From Zancudomyces culisetae HAW-14-8 (Eukaryota > Fungi > Kickxellomycota), in the NCBI GenBank assembly GCA_052426225.1, contig JBNJNM010000013.1:372001-436000 (forward strand): 64,000 nucleotides of DNA, read 5' to 3'. Of the stretch, positions 51,977-64,000 are shown in pieces (position 1 is the first letter of the stretch; every line of letters starts with the position of its first letter). The notes under the pieces were generated by a model that worked only from the letters and a program-made list of their open reading frames with translations, made no database searches and had not been told where the DNA came from. Made by a program: the position numbers and the translations under genes.

Positions 51977-54900
51977 ATGGATTATTTAGAATTAGATGAA
52001 ACCACGCGAAAGGCGCTGAGAACATTTGAATATATACAAAACACGGAATTTGTGGGAGTTCCGCGGGGAGATATTCTGGCAGAGGATTCTATCCCATGTA
52101 ATTGTTCATATACAGAAGGTAATTTGCACTTTATGTAAATAGGAAAATAAATATTGTGAGACTTAAAAAATGGATTTAAATGTAATTAGCTGATTTAAAA
52201 ATGGAACATATTTTTAACAATAGGAGTAGATGAGGAGTGGAAGGCCTGCGGAAAACATTCAGAGTGTATAAATAGATGTGTGCTCGTGGAATGCCATCCT
52301 TTAACGTGTCCCACAGGTAGAGCGTGTAAAAACAGAAGGTACGGTGTTATTCGATTCGCTAAATAGATCACACTGTTGTTATGTTTAATCTACAACAAAC
52401 ATGAATAACACGTAAAATAGGTTTCAGAAAAAGGAATACGCTCGGATTAAGGTTATCGAGGCCGGCGATAAAGGGTTTGGGGTGGAGGCCGCAGAGGATA
52501 TACAAGAGTAAGTGAGATACGACCAGATTATGTTTGTTCTCGCGTCAATTATACAAAAAGTTGTGAAGAATATAAATAATTATAAACAATTATGATAAAT
52601 AAAATTTAGAGGGTCGTTTGTGATAGAATACACAGGAGAAATGGTGGAACGAAAGAAGTTTGTAAAGCGAACATATGAATATGGTCAGCAGAAAATTAAG
52701 CATCATTATTTTATGGAAGTTGATCCATACCAGATCATTGATGCGACACGGAAGGGTAATGTGGCACGATTTATAAACCACAGCTGCAAACCCAACTGTG
52801 AGCTGCAGCGGTGGATGGTGAATGGACAGTTTCGGATGGGGATCTTTACGACACGAAAGATATTCAGAGGCGAAGAGCTAACGTTTGATTATAAGTTTGA
52901 AAGATTAGAGGGTACAACACCGCAAATATGTTTTTGTGGCGAGGAGGTATGCAAAGGAGTCATAGGGGTAGAGCGAAAGCAAAAAGAAAACAAAATCTTT
53001 GAGTATATTGGGGGTGATGGTGAACATGAAGTGATTAGCGATAGTGAAAGCGATGAAGGGCAAACAGTCAAAAAGGCTGATGTATATAATAAGAGTAAAG
53101 TAATTGATAGTGGAGAGGATAGCGAGTCCGATGCATATGTGGACAGCGAAGGTAGTGGTGACGAACAGTATCCAACACATGGCCATAGGACAAAAGGTCT
53201 GCAAACTCACGAGGATATGCTGAAGTTAGTGCAGCTTATGATGCAGGCACAAATAAAAAAATCGCACATCCGGCTGATAACTGGGAAGCTTTTGGAAACG
53301 GCAAAGAACAAGAGGTTATTATCGTTTTTTTTGTCACATCATGGTCTACGAATACTCCGGTTTTGGTTGTTGGAAAATCTAAATGACGAAACAATAGTTA
53401 TTCCGATTCTACAATGTATAAAAGCCCTGCCAATAAAAACACGAAATACGGTGGAAGATAATAAGATTGAGGATGCAATGGTTGCATGTAAAAAGAGTCG
53501 TGACGAGTTTATATCGGAATTGGCCAAGAATATTTTAGAATCGTGGAAAAAACTGAAGCTAGTCTACAAAATTCCCAAACGCACCAATACAACGACCAAT
53601 GACCGCGATGGCGATACTGGCAGTACCAACGCTAATTCTGAAAGATCCAAATCTGCTACTCCATCAACGCCTTTTACAGATCAACAGACCAGTGCTAATA
53701 TCAACGCTAATACCAATAGCTCATATTCCGATTCCTATTTAAATACAACCAATGGAAGAGATGCTACGTTGAACAATGGCACACAAAACGGATGGGATAA
53801 TGGTGGAAATGCGGATACAAACTCAAGCAATGCGGCTAGTGGATGGGGTGATGAACCGAATGTAAATTCTACATCTAGTGGGTGGGGCGCTGAACCTACC
53901 ACAAAAACACCTGCTGAAAATGTATCAAGTGGATGGGGAGATGGCATAAGCACAAGAACCAGCCATAAATCAAGCGGATGGGGAGCCGATCCGACTACAA
54001 AAGCACCAGTTGAAAGTGTACCAAGCGGATGGGGAGATGACATAAGCACAAGAACCAGCCATAAATCAAGCGGATGGGGAGCTGAATCAACCACAAAAGC
54101 ACCAGCTGAAAGTGTATCAAGCGGATGGGGAAGCGGACCAACTATAAACGCACCGACGGAGAATACATCCAGTAGATGGGGAGATGGCATAAGCACAAGA
54201 ACCAGCCATAAATCAAGCAGATGGGGAGCTGAACCAACTACAAACGCACCGGCGGAGAATGCATCAAGTGGATGGGGAACTGAACCAACTACAAAAGCAC
54301 CAGCTGAAAGTGTATCAAGCGGATGGGGAAGCGGACCAACTACAAACGCACCGGCGGAGAATGCATCCAGTGGATGGGGAGATGGCATAGGTACAAAAAC
54401 CAGCCATGAACCAACTGGTTGGGGAGACAGCGGAAACGATGCTGCAAATTCTACATCTGGCGGATGGGGAGCCGATGTAAATATAGATACTAAATCAAAT
54501 GGGTGGGGTGTTGACTCAAGTTTAGATAATCCCACCAATTCTGCGTCACAGGGATGGGGAGCCGACTCCTACTCATCCTCCACCAATATCAACTCCAGTT
54601 CTACCGCCACTAAAAACACCCACTCTTCTAGGCCATACAATTCCCATTCATACAACAACGATGACAACAATTATAATAATAGCAATAATAACAAAAAGAG
54701 ATATTCAAACAATAATGGGTATTCTTCATCCTTTTCAAAAAGACAAAGTCCATCTGATAGATCCTTCTATTCGAACACAGACAAGCGCCCGCGATTTGGA
54801 GATGGCGATGGCTATAACCGTAATAGTGAAAATGGCAAGTACGATAAAAATAGCACCATAAATTCTGACAAGAATAACAGCTACAATGATAATCCATACT

Positions 54901-55712
54901 CATCTTGGGGCACTGCAGATCCTGTTCGATCGCCCAATGATGCATGGGGTGCGTTTTCACCCTCTTCGTCTAGTAGAAACGATCCCAACAATACAGATAC
55001 TACCCGTTCCCGCCCGCACGCTTTTCATACCCAGAATCACACTGATCTTTTGCCTGGTTGGAGTTCTGCCGTTTCTGAAGATGGGAAAACATATTATTAC
55101 AACCTCTTTACCAACCAGACTCAGTGGGATCCCCCACTGAAATCTACCACCTCTGCATCTCCTGCTCCCACTCCAAACAATAGCAATAACAGTGGTACCG
55201 CAAAGTCAAAGCCAAAGTCAAAATCTGTGAAATTTTCTGCTGGTATTCCCTCTCCCACCTCCAATTCGACTCAAAAGAAGGTTTCTCGTAGTCACGACCA
55301 TGCCAGCATTGCTAAAAAGAAAGGTGGTACTACTGCTGTTTTATCTGAGGCTGACCAGAAAAACATAGAAAAGCAGTATACGAGCGCTCTCGGGCCTCTT
55401 ATTGTCAAACTGCTCAGCCGGCAACAGCACGTCCAGCAGTTTAATTTAGATAAACAGGTATTCAAACATGAGGCCAGAAAGTTAACACATATCTTGATTG
55501 AAAAAGAGAAAAAAAGCCATTCTAGCAAACCTGGCACCAATCCCGACCCAAATCTCTTTTCTAAGCTTACCGACCACAAGCGGAAAAAAATTGAACAGTT
55601 TGTTGTTTCTTATGTTGAAAAGCTAAAATCTCACCACCAGTCTCAATCTCAAAAGCAATCTCCGGAGCAATCTCAGGTAAAACAACTTGAGAACCCACAA
55701 ACACAAGAGTAA
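51977..55712 (+). CDS. SET2: Histone H3K36 methyltransferase Set2 (AWS-SET-postSET, helical domain, GW/WG-repeat insert, WW, SRI); exons 51977-52118, 52224-52338, 52421-52507, 52610-55712
   Basis: AWS (CNC...ACG..SECINR...VEC....CP.G..CKNRRFQK), SET (KGFG, IEYTGE, IDATRKGNVARFINHSCKPNC, GEELTFDY), postSET CFCGEEVCKG, WW (LPGWSSAVSEDGKTYYYN..TNQTQWDPP) and SRI (FKHEARKLTHILIEKEKK...KKIEQFV). Confidence 0.95.
53790..54563 (+). repeat. GW/WG-repeat coding minisatellite in SET2 (51-nt and 45-nt units)
   Basis: 17 GW/WG motifs. Unit A is SSGWG(A/S/T)(E/D/G)PTT(K/N)APAE(S/N)(V/A), 17 aa; unit B is SSGWGDGISTRTSHK, 15 aa. Units are near-identical at DNA level. Confidence 0.95.
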
Positions 55713-55984
55713 TATCACCGCTGATCCTGATTTTTATATTTGATATCTGTTTTACCCTTTTTTTTAAGTACTTAATTTGCTTCTCAACTTTCGTTAACTT
55801 GTATTTCCCATATTGCACTTTGGTATACTTTCTTGTAGACTATCTTTTTTTTTTCTCTCGTTTATTACAGTTTCTTGTAAACTCTCAAGCCATATCCTGG
55901 CTACTTAATAATATATTATATATTTTTTTATAATCAAAAAAATTTTACGGGGAAAGCGAAGAAAAAAGGGAGTTAATAGTGGTT

Positions 55985-56938
55985 TTAGACGACGTAATAA
56001 AAATCCAAGGTGCTTAGGTCAGTATCTCTAGATATGGAGACCTTGGTACCATTACCGCCAATACATTGGATACCATTGCTATTTAATACACGAGCTATTT
56101 GTCTGGTGCTGTACTCATTTCCCAACGAGTTGTATTCGAGCTTTGATAGCATAGTTTCAAAATCCTGACGGCTTTCGTAATTGCCGGAATATAGCCTATT
56201 ATAGTAATCATCTTCGCTGCTCTCACTCCTCTCATCGAGTTTATTTTTGGGCGTGGCTTTAGCATTTCCAAAGGATTTATATTTGGGCCCGATTCTATGC
56301 TTTTTGGGAGGAGCAGCTGGATAAAAGTCTTTTCTGACAATAGACTCAAACTTTAGAATATCATCAATATTTTCACACCCATCAAAGTTTTCAGAACTAT
56401 AAATACTGCTTCCGTGAAGCGTCGTACTGTCATCATTGCCGCTATCGCTAAAGTAAACATGTTGTGATGGTTTATTGATTTCCGACATATTAGTTTTTTT
56501 TCCATTTCCATGTGCTTTGGTGTACCTGGCACCAGTACGGAAATGTCTACTGCCGTTGTTAATATGTGATTTCTTTAATAGGCTAGAATTAACACTATCA
56601 CTGACACTGTCACTAAGGCTATCTCCATCACAGTCGCCAACACCATTTACTCTACGGCTTTTGATGTCAACTCCGTCCGTTTCGGAGTGTAAGGTGCTTG
56701 TAGAATAGTGTTCGTCTGATATTGTTGCAGCTTGTGCGTTTTCAATGGAAGTACCGCTTTTCTTCTTTATATTTTGACTATTTTTGTTAGATTTTTGTAT
56801 GAGCTGCCCGGTACTGTTGGTATTAGCACCGGGAATATGTTCGCTTCTCTCATCATTGCTATTATTCGAAGATGAAGCTGATGCCGATGATAATGCTGAG
56901 CGAAACCGCCATCCTTTCTTATTGAATATTTTCTTCAT
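55985..56938 (-). CDS. Hypothetical Ser-rich, mostly disordered protein
   Basis: 317-codon intronless ORF from ATG 56938 (MKKIFNKKG...), convergent with SET2. No domain recognised. Confidence 0.7.
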   Translation of the reverse strand: MKKIFNKKGWRFRSALSSASASSSNNSNDERSEHIPGANTNSTGQLIQKSNKNSQNIKKKSGTSIENAQAATISDEHYSTSTLHSETDGVDIKSRRVNGVGDCDGDSLSDSVSDSVNSSLLKKSHINNGSRHFRTGARYTKAHGNGKKTNMSEINKPSQHVYFSDSGNDDSTTLHGSSIYSSENFDGCENIDDILKFESIVRKDFYPAAPPKKHRIGPKYKSFGNAKATPKNKLDERSESSEDDYYNRLYSGNYESRQDFETMLSKLEYNSLGNEYSTRQIARVLNSNGIQCIGGNGTKVSISRDTDLSTLDFYYVV

Positions 56939-59555
56939 ACTTATTGCTATCACTGGTGATGCTCTTCTAACTGTTTCTGAATACTATTATGCTGGTTTTT
57001 TTTTGTGTTACTGAAATATTTATCTAGCTATATTGCACTCGCTTCGATATTATACTCTGTAAAGATGAAGAGGTTGTTTTTTATAATGTTAATGTTTTTT
57101 TCTTGCAGGTGAGCCTGAACTATTAGTGGTACAAAAAGATAAACAAAATGTAATTAAAGAAATGTTTTATCCTTGCATCTTGTACTTTTTACCTCTTTAA
57201 TATTATAATTAATGGGTAGAGAAATGTTTTTTTTTATGCAGCGCAGTATAACATAATTTTAATATGATCCAATTTGGTCCAATTTTGCATTGCGGCCAAA
57301 TTTAGCTATAACAGCTTCCCATTTTTCTCACTTCATACTCTTTCAAGTTTATTATTAACAGGTCATATGCACACCCACCCCCACCCAGAAGAGTTAAAAA
57401 AAACGAGGGAATAAATGTTGTGCATATATCACCCTTCCCATCACTCCTGGCTACCTTGCCTATTGGTATTTTGGTGACTAGTTGAGGATAATGTTTGTAA
57501 CGATCCTGGCTAGTTTAATAAAAGTAAAAAGTTTTGTTTGCATACTTTGCGTCAATAATCTCCCCCAGTTTATATGAGGCACATTATTTGACATATAGCG
57601 CTACCCCAAAGATCATACGAAAAAAAACCAGTTTTTATGGATACAATCTAAATGTTATTGTGACTCTGGTTATTTTTGAATACTATTCGACTTTTTTACT
57701 TCTCACCTCCCAGACTCCCACATTGATTCGAAGTATTACAAGTTACCGCTAGAATCTTTCATTTTACTACGTTATAAACCAGCAAGAATCAATATAAAAC
57801 CGATTTAAATATTTGTGACAATTTCCTCATTCTATTTTTGCGGGTGATTCCACAAAAATGTTTGGTTTGTTTCTGAATATTTAGTTGGTTGTGCTATTCT
57901 GCATTATTGCCCCTTTTTCACTGAAATGTTGTTTACTCCATCAGCATTTTTTTGGATCGAAGGATATGTGTTTGCGAAAAAATACATGCTATTTAATTAT
58001 GGAATACATATTTGCCACATTTTTGCAATTATTAGTCAACTATTCGCTTATAACAACATGAAATATGCAGTAAGAAGAATTAGCACACAAAGATATCACA
58101 AAAAGCCTCTTTTAAGGATATTTACCACAACTTTCTGAGATACTTTGAAAAGAGCTCCGTTTACCTTTTTTTCTCCTCCCTATTCCTTATATTGCTTTAA
58201 ATTGGCTTACAAGTAAGGTTTAAATATTATTCTTTTACATATAGCTTCCCCTTGAATATAGACAGTAATTTCCTTTCACCTTGCTATTTTTACACACAAC
58301 ATTATGACTGTGGTTTCTGTAAGTTAGTAAGGTCGTTACACCCACTATATGGATAAGTCTTGTTCAATTAATGCGATAGTTACATTCAGAGCCACCTGTG
58401 CTATAAAAATAATCTTTAGAAAATGTTAAATATTGTATAGAGTATTCTCTCCCCCCATATTAATTGTACAAATACACATCCTTTCTACACTTTTATTTAA
58501 AAATATTTGTGCGTAGGGAGAAGGAGGAGGAAGAGGAGGGTTGATTAAAAAGAAATACTTTTTTTTCCATTCCTACAAGATAGTTGAAAATTAGTAAATG
58601 ATCTATACCGAACAGGTTAGTTTAGATGAAATCTCAATTTTACGTTTATGTAGCAGCTTGACAATACTAAAGATGGGTAAAATTGGTACAAGGTTTGGGT
58701 ACAGATTCAAACAGTTTTTTGTCTATCGCATCTGTCATTATATTTCATTGCAATCTTTGAGTAGGAGACGTATCGTCTAGAAACGAATGAGTATACACGA
58801 CCCAAGTGGTTGCAATTGAAAAGACAATAAAAAAAACCATTCTATGACTAAAGCCAGAGGCAATTACATTATGACCCTTTGTCTTCGTCTTTGTCTTCCT
58901 CCTCTCTCCTCCCTTTCCACTGCTCTGCTAAAGCGAGAACTTGGTTTAGAGTTATAGAAAACGAAAAGGTCTGGTTTATGACTAAAGCAAATGGCCAAAC
59001 CCAAGAAAAGCAGTTAACAGATGAAAATTATGATGAACTGAACTTTGCAGTTATCCGGTTTTCATTGTTATTCAAAAAAAAAAATAAAGGGTAATAAAAG
59101 GTGAAACCTCTTTGGCTGTATCCGCTATTCGTAAACAAACAGTAAAAAAAAATACACACCACAAGTTAAAGCATCTAAAAAAATAGTGCAAATATGTAAA
59201 TAGTGTAAAACAAATGCAAATAGGGCTGTTATGACGATATTGTAGAGTTCTTGACCAAAATAGTGTAATAAAACTGCCAAAAACCTAGAAAAGGGCTCTA
59301 TTTCATATATAATACACTGATTTCTGATAATTAATAAACACAGTACACAAAGTGGTAGCACAGTTAAACAATCTTTGTTGGTGGGAACAACCAGGGAATA
59401 TAGCAATTCAAAAGAAGTCACACTTTTTTGTGCAGTATTTTTTAGTAAATTCGTGTATAAAGACATAAGCAAAAGAATCACATTGTTTAGAATAATTATT
59501 CACCCCTATCACCAGAGCAACATATAAAGGTAACCAGCACACAAGCGGCACGGAA

Positions 59556-60912
<1,357 letters not shown>

Positions 60913-61629
60913 CTGGGCTCGTGTGTTGCGGCTTTATCTTTTTTATTGTAAAATCCTTTATACCCCATTTATACAAATAAAAGCCATACAAAAAAGAGAG
61001 TGAAATGAATGATAGTATGTATCTGTATGGGGAAGAAACTATGCTATAGTCGACTAGTGCATCTGAAAATTCTATGATTTGACACATTCGTTAAAAAAAA
61101 CTTGCGTTCGTAGCTAGCGGCCTGATGGCTTTACTTTTTGTGAACGATGCAGGATGCAGGATAGCATAAGTTTTATTAGTATTCACAACTAACCCAAGTG
61201 ATAGCGTAATGACACCTCAGGCTTGAAGTGGGGGAGGGGGTTGAATGTGTGTTTGACGATTGTAGTATATAATATATGTTGAGCCTACCCATTACCCCGT
61301 CTACCCAAAAAAAATTAAGGTAAAAGATAATATATACGAAGTAAGGGATGTAAAACCACCACAAAATTAAGAATTGGGACCCTGTTAAGTTATTGAAAAA
61401 AAAAAGTGGACGCATGGTGTAGATTGGCTAATTAGCCGGACCAAAATCTAAAAAGAATTGGCAAAACAGGGAGGGGAAATGGTTGGTTCACATTAGCCAC
61501 ATGATAAAATGGGCAACCATGCTTGTATCCATTGGTTGAGCTATATTTATTTCCCAACTTTGCAATCCAGCTTTGATATATATATTATTGCGTTAAATTT
61601 GACGAGCAAGCTGTCAAAAAGCAGAAAGT

Positions 61630-62853
61630 ATGAGGATAACTATTAGATTTGCGGATTCGGGCCAGGATTTAAATCTAGATCTAGAACCTGAAACAACGGT
61701 TTCCGAACTCAGAGAACAAGTAGGTTTAGAAATGTTGCTGCTTTTGCTTTTGTACATGTTTTTGTGATTGAGATACTTGAGATTTATAGATAGAAATAAC
61801 AGAAATCCATGTGAAATCAAATCGAATAAAATAGATCAAAGATCAAAGGCCAGATTTAGAACGAAAGAATTTAAAGTTAATAAACTATGGAAGAATACTG
61901 CAGGACACACAGACGATCAGACAAGCGGTAAACAAGCGCAATGAAGAAGAGTCTACACATTTTATTCATTGCTTAGCTTCGGAATTTACGGCCGAGGGGG
62001 GTCAGAATGAGCAGGTAAATACCCCTTTCTGAGTTTTTTTTTATACTGCAGTGATGCAAGGATATTTGTGAAAACCGAATCGAGCGAGTAATTACAGCGA
62101 GATATAAAAAATCACCTATAAATTCCCTGTACTATTACTTTGTATGTATTAATGGCTTGAATGGAAATCCAGCCCACAACAACTCAGCTAATAGGGTTTG
62201 ATAGATTACAAGAGACCGGGCTTTCATTAGAGGAGATTGAGGATATTAGAAGGCAATTTCATTCTATTCATGGCACAGATAATGGTAAGAGTCATGTTAT
62301 GACTTTATATTTTACAGAAAAAGACCACGAGTAAAAAAAACCACCTTTTTGAACGCGTATTTACATACAACTTTCTACTCTTTCTTTCCGTAGAAAATGT
62401 TGATAGACTTAGGGAGATAGAAGAATCCTGGATGGATAGTAATGCAAATGAAGAGTCTCAAGAAATAAGTAAGAAGCAGCAAGCATGTTTTACATATATA
62501 GTACGCCTATTCACTAACATGCATATCTATTTAAAAATCTAGCAATGTCGTTCAACAATATCTACCTGATATGTGGATTGATATTGGGCTTCTTTGGGGG
62601 ATTTATCCCATTTCTCTTTGTATCGGCAAAAGGCCGAACATTTCATCTCCAGACAATAATAGGTGGGTGAAATCTTTTTTTTAAAAAAACATCAGTATTC
62701 ATCAGTATTCACTTGTGCCATTGCGTAATGCTGGATGCTACATTCCTTCTAACTTTGAATGCCACTAAACTAAATTTAAACGCGTGAAATCTAGGGATGA
62801 TATCAGGCATTGTAATAAATCTGAGCTTTGGAATCATGCGATATTTGACATAG
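61630..62853 (+). CDS. DSC3: DSC E3 ligase subunit 3 (UBL + DUF2407-type, membrane), 6 exons
   Basis: MRITIRFAD..QDL (UBL), LKLINYGRILQD, FIHC, IGFDRLQETGLSLEEIEDIRRQFH, EESWMD, GLILGFFGG, GIVINLSFG. GT-AG junctions stay in frame. Confidence 0.82.
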
Positions 62854-63264
62854 AATGTATATTTTGCCTTGTTTTTTCCTTTCACAGCCAAATTTATATT
62901 TTTTTGGCTTAGTGTACAATATCACCACTTACTCATATTATTCTTTTTTTTTGCGTATGGTTTAGTTTTGATACATTAAAATGTAGCTCAGATAGTATAC
63001 CGATTTAGATTCAACAAGCATGTCTTTCGTCAAGCATAGTTGTCGTGTGTTTTATAACACATTCGCAAAGAATAAACATGAACAGCCAAAAAAAATTCTT
63101 TTTTTTGAAAACGTCTGGGAAAAGAAAACGGTAATGCATGTTATTACCCTTTATTGAGAGTAAAGAGTGTTAGGTTGGTGTTGTTTCGGATAAAAGTGTA
63201 TTTTCTCTTTCTATAAGATAATACCAATGGATGTACACTATAAATTTTTTTGATAAACAATCCT

Positions 63265-64000
63265 CTACTCGGCTTTGTTTGAACGGTTTTCTTGGTAGAA
63301 TCTGTCAAACTCATTTTGCATTTTTATTTGATCGGCCAAGAAAAATCCTCGGATTCTGGGGCTGTTTGGATCTCTGGGAAAACTTCGGTCATCCTTATCA
63401 AATGCAACTGATATTACTCTCTTTTCCTTCTTGCCTACCATTTGTCTGTAAAATCTTACATATCCAGGAACCAAGGAAAATATTGTATGGTCTTTACCCA
63501 TACCAACCTACATTGAATCAAATACAACTAAGTTCAAGACAGTTCAAGTCATCTATAAAGTATATTTAGTCGGTATGTACTCACATTTTCTCCTGGGTGG
63601 AATTTTGTTCCTCTCTGTCTCATTATAATGTTTCCTGGGATTACGAATTCTCCTATTAAATCAAAAATAAGGGTTTTTATAGACATAAACCCATATGTGT
63701 TAGAGGTCTTTTCTCTTTAAAAGATGTTGTTGTTGTTGTGACGAGATATGAATTCAAGAAGTATTATCGTTACCATCGGTTTTTTTGGCGCCAAGCCTTC
63801 TACCAGCAGAGTCTCTGCCATTTCTTGTTGTACCACCAGTTTTTTTCGATGCAAAACGAATTTGCTGTTGGTTTATTTCTATATATATAAATAACAAAGT
63901 TACAAGTCAATAAATGCATTGATGTTTCTAATGTCAACATTGCCTAGAGTACTCGACAACTCTAGAAATTCAATGCTAGAAAAGGCAAACAAAGCTGGAT
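63265..64000 (-). CDS. MRP7: Mitochondrial ribosomal protein bL27m (5'-partial), multi-exon
   Basis: [28 protein letters not shown]|[23 protein letters not shown]|[19 protein letters not shown]. Confidence 0.93.

Noticed and set aside
53790-54563. CRISPR-like appearance of regularly spaced repeats
   Set aside because: Units are in-frame coding repeats with no unique spacers, in a eukaryotic gene with no cas genes nearby.

Overview
Gene-dense, AT-rich eukaryotic nuclear DNA with many short GT-AG introns. The protein sequences are fungal. The gene set and an animal-identical ubiquitin suggest an insect-gut fungus (Harpellales, possibly Zancudomyces or Smittium); this is an inference. About 23 protein-coding genes can be supported. 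Most are housekeeping: ERG13 (5'-partial), FKH2-like FHA-forkhead, VPS45, a PCL-type cyclin, a CHORD protein, ERG27, a GATA+PHD protein, RPT3, ATG12, a DUF4598 protein, LST8, ADE2, ubiquitin-L40, alkaline ceramidase, a divergent gelsolin-repeat protein, SET2, CDC28, DSC3 and mitochondrial bL27 (5'-partial). A gene-poor stretch (about 15.5-24 kb) holds two intronless secreted proteins: an AA11 LPMO and an Arg/Pro-rich protein with a crystallin-like end. The top finding is a complete Set2 H3K36 methyltransferase carrying an expanded array of 17 GW/WG repeats plus 2 more WG motifs. This resembles an Argonaute-hook platform and could link small RNAs to co-transcriptional H3K36 methylation. The second is a chimeric ubiquitin-L40 gene whose ubiquitin is identical to animal ubiquitin while L40 is fungal-type. 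Other items: a decayed E2 ubiquitin-conjugating pseudogene, a His-rich micro-ORF, paired MCB+forkhead sites, and repeated purine-to-pyrimidine strand switches inside regulatory genes. Exon boundaries were read by eye, and no database searches were run.
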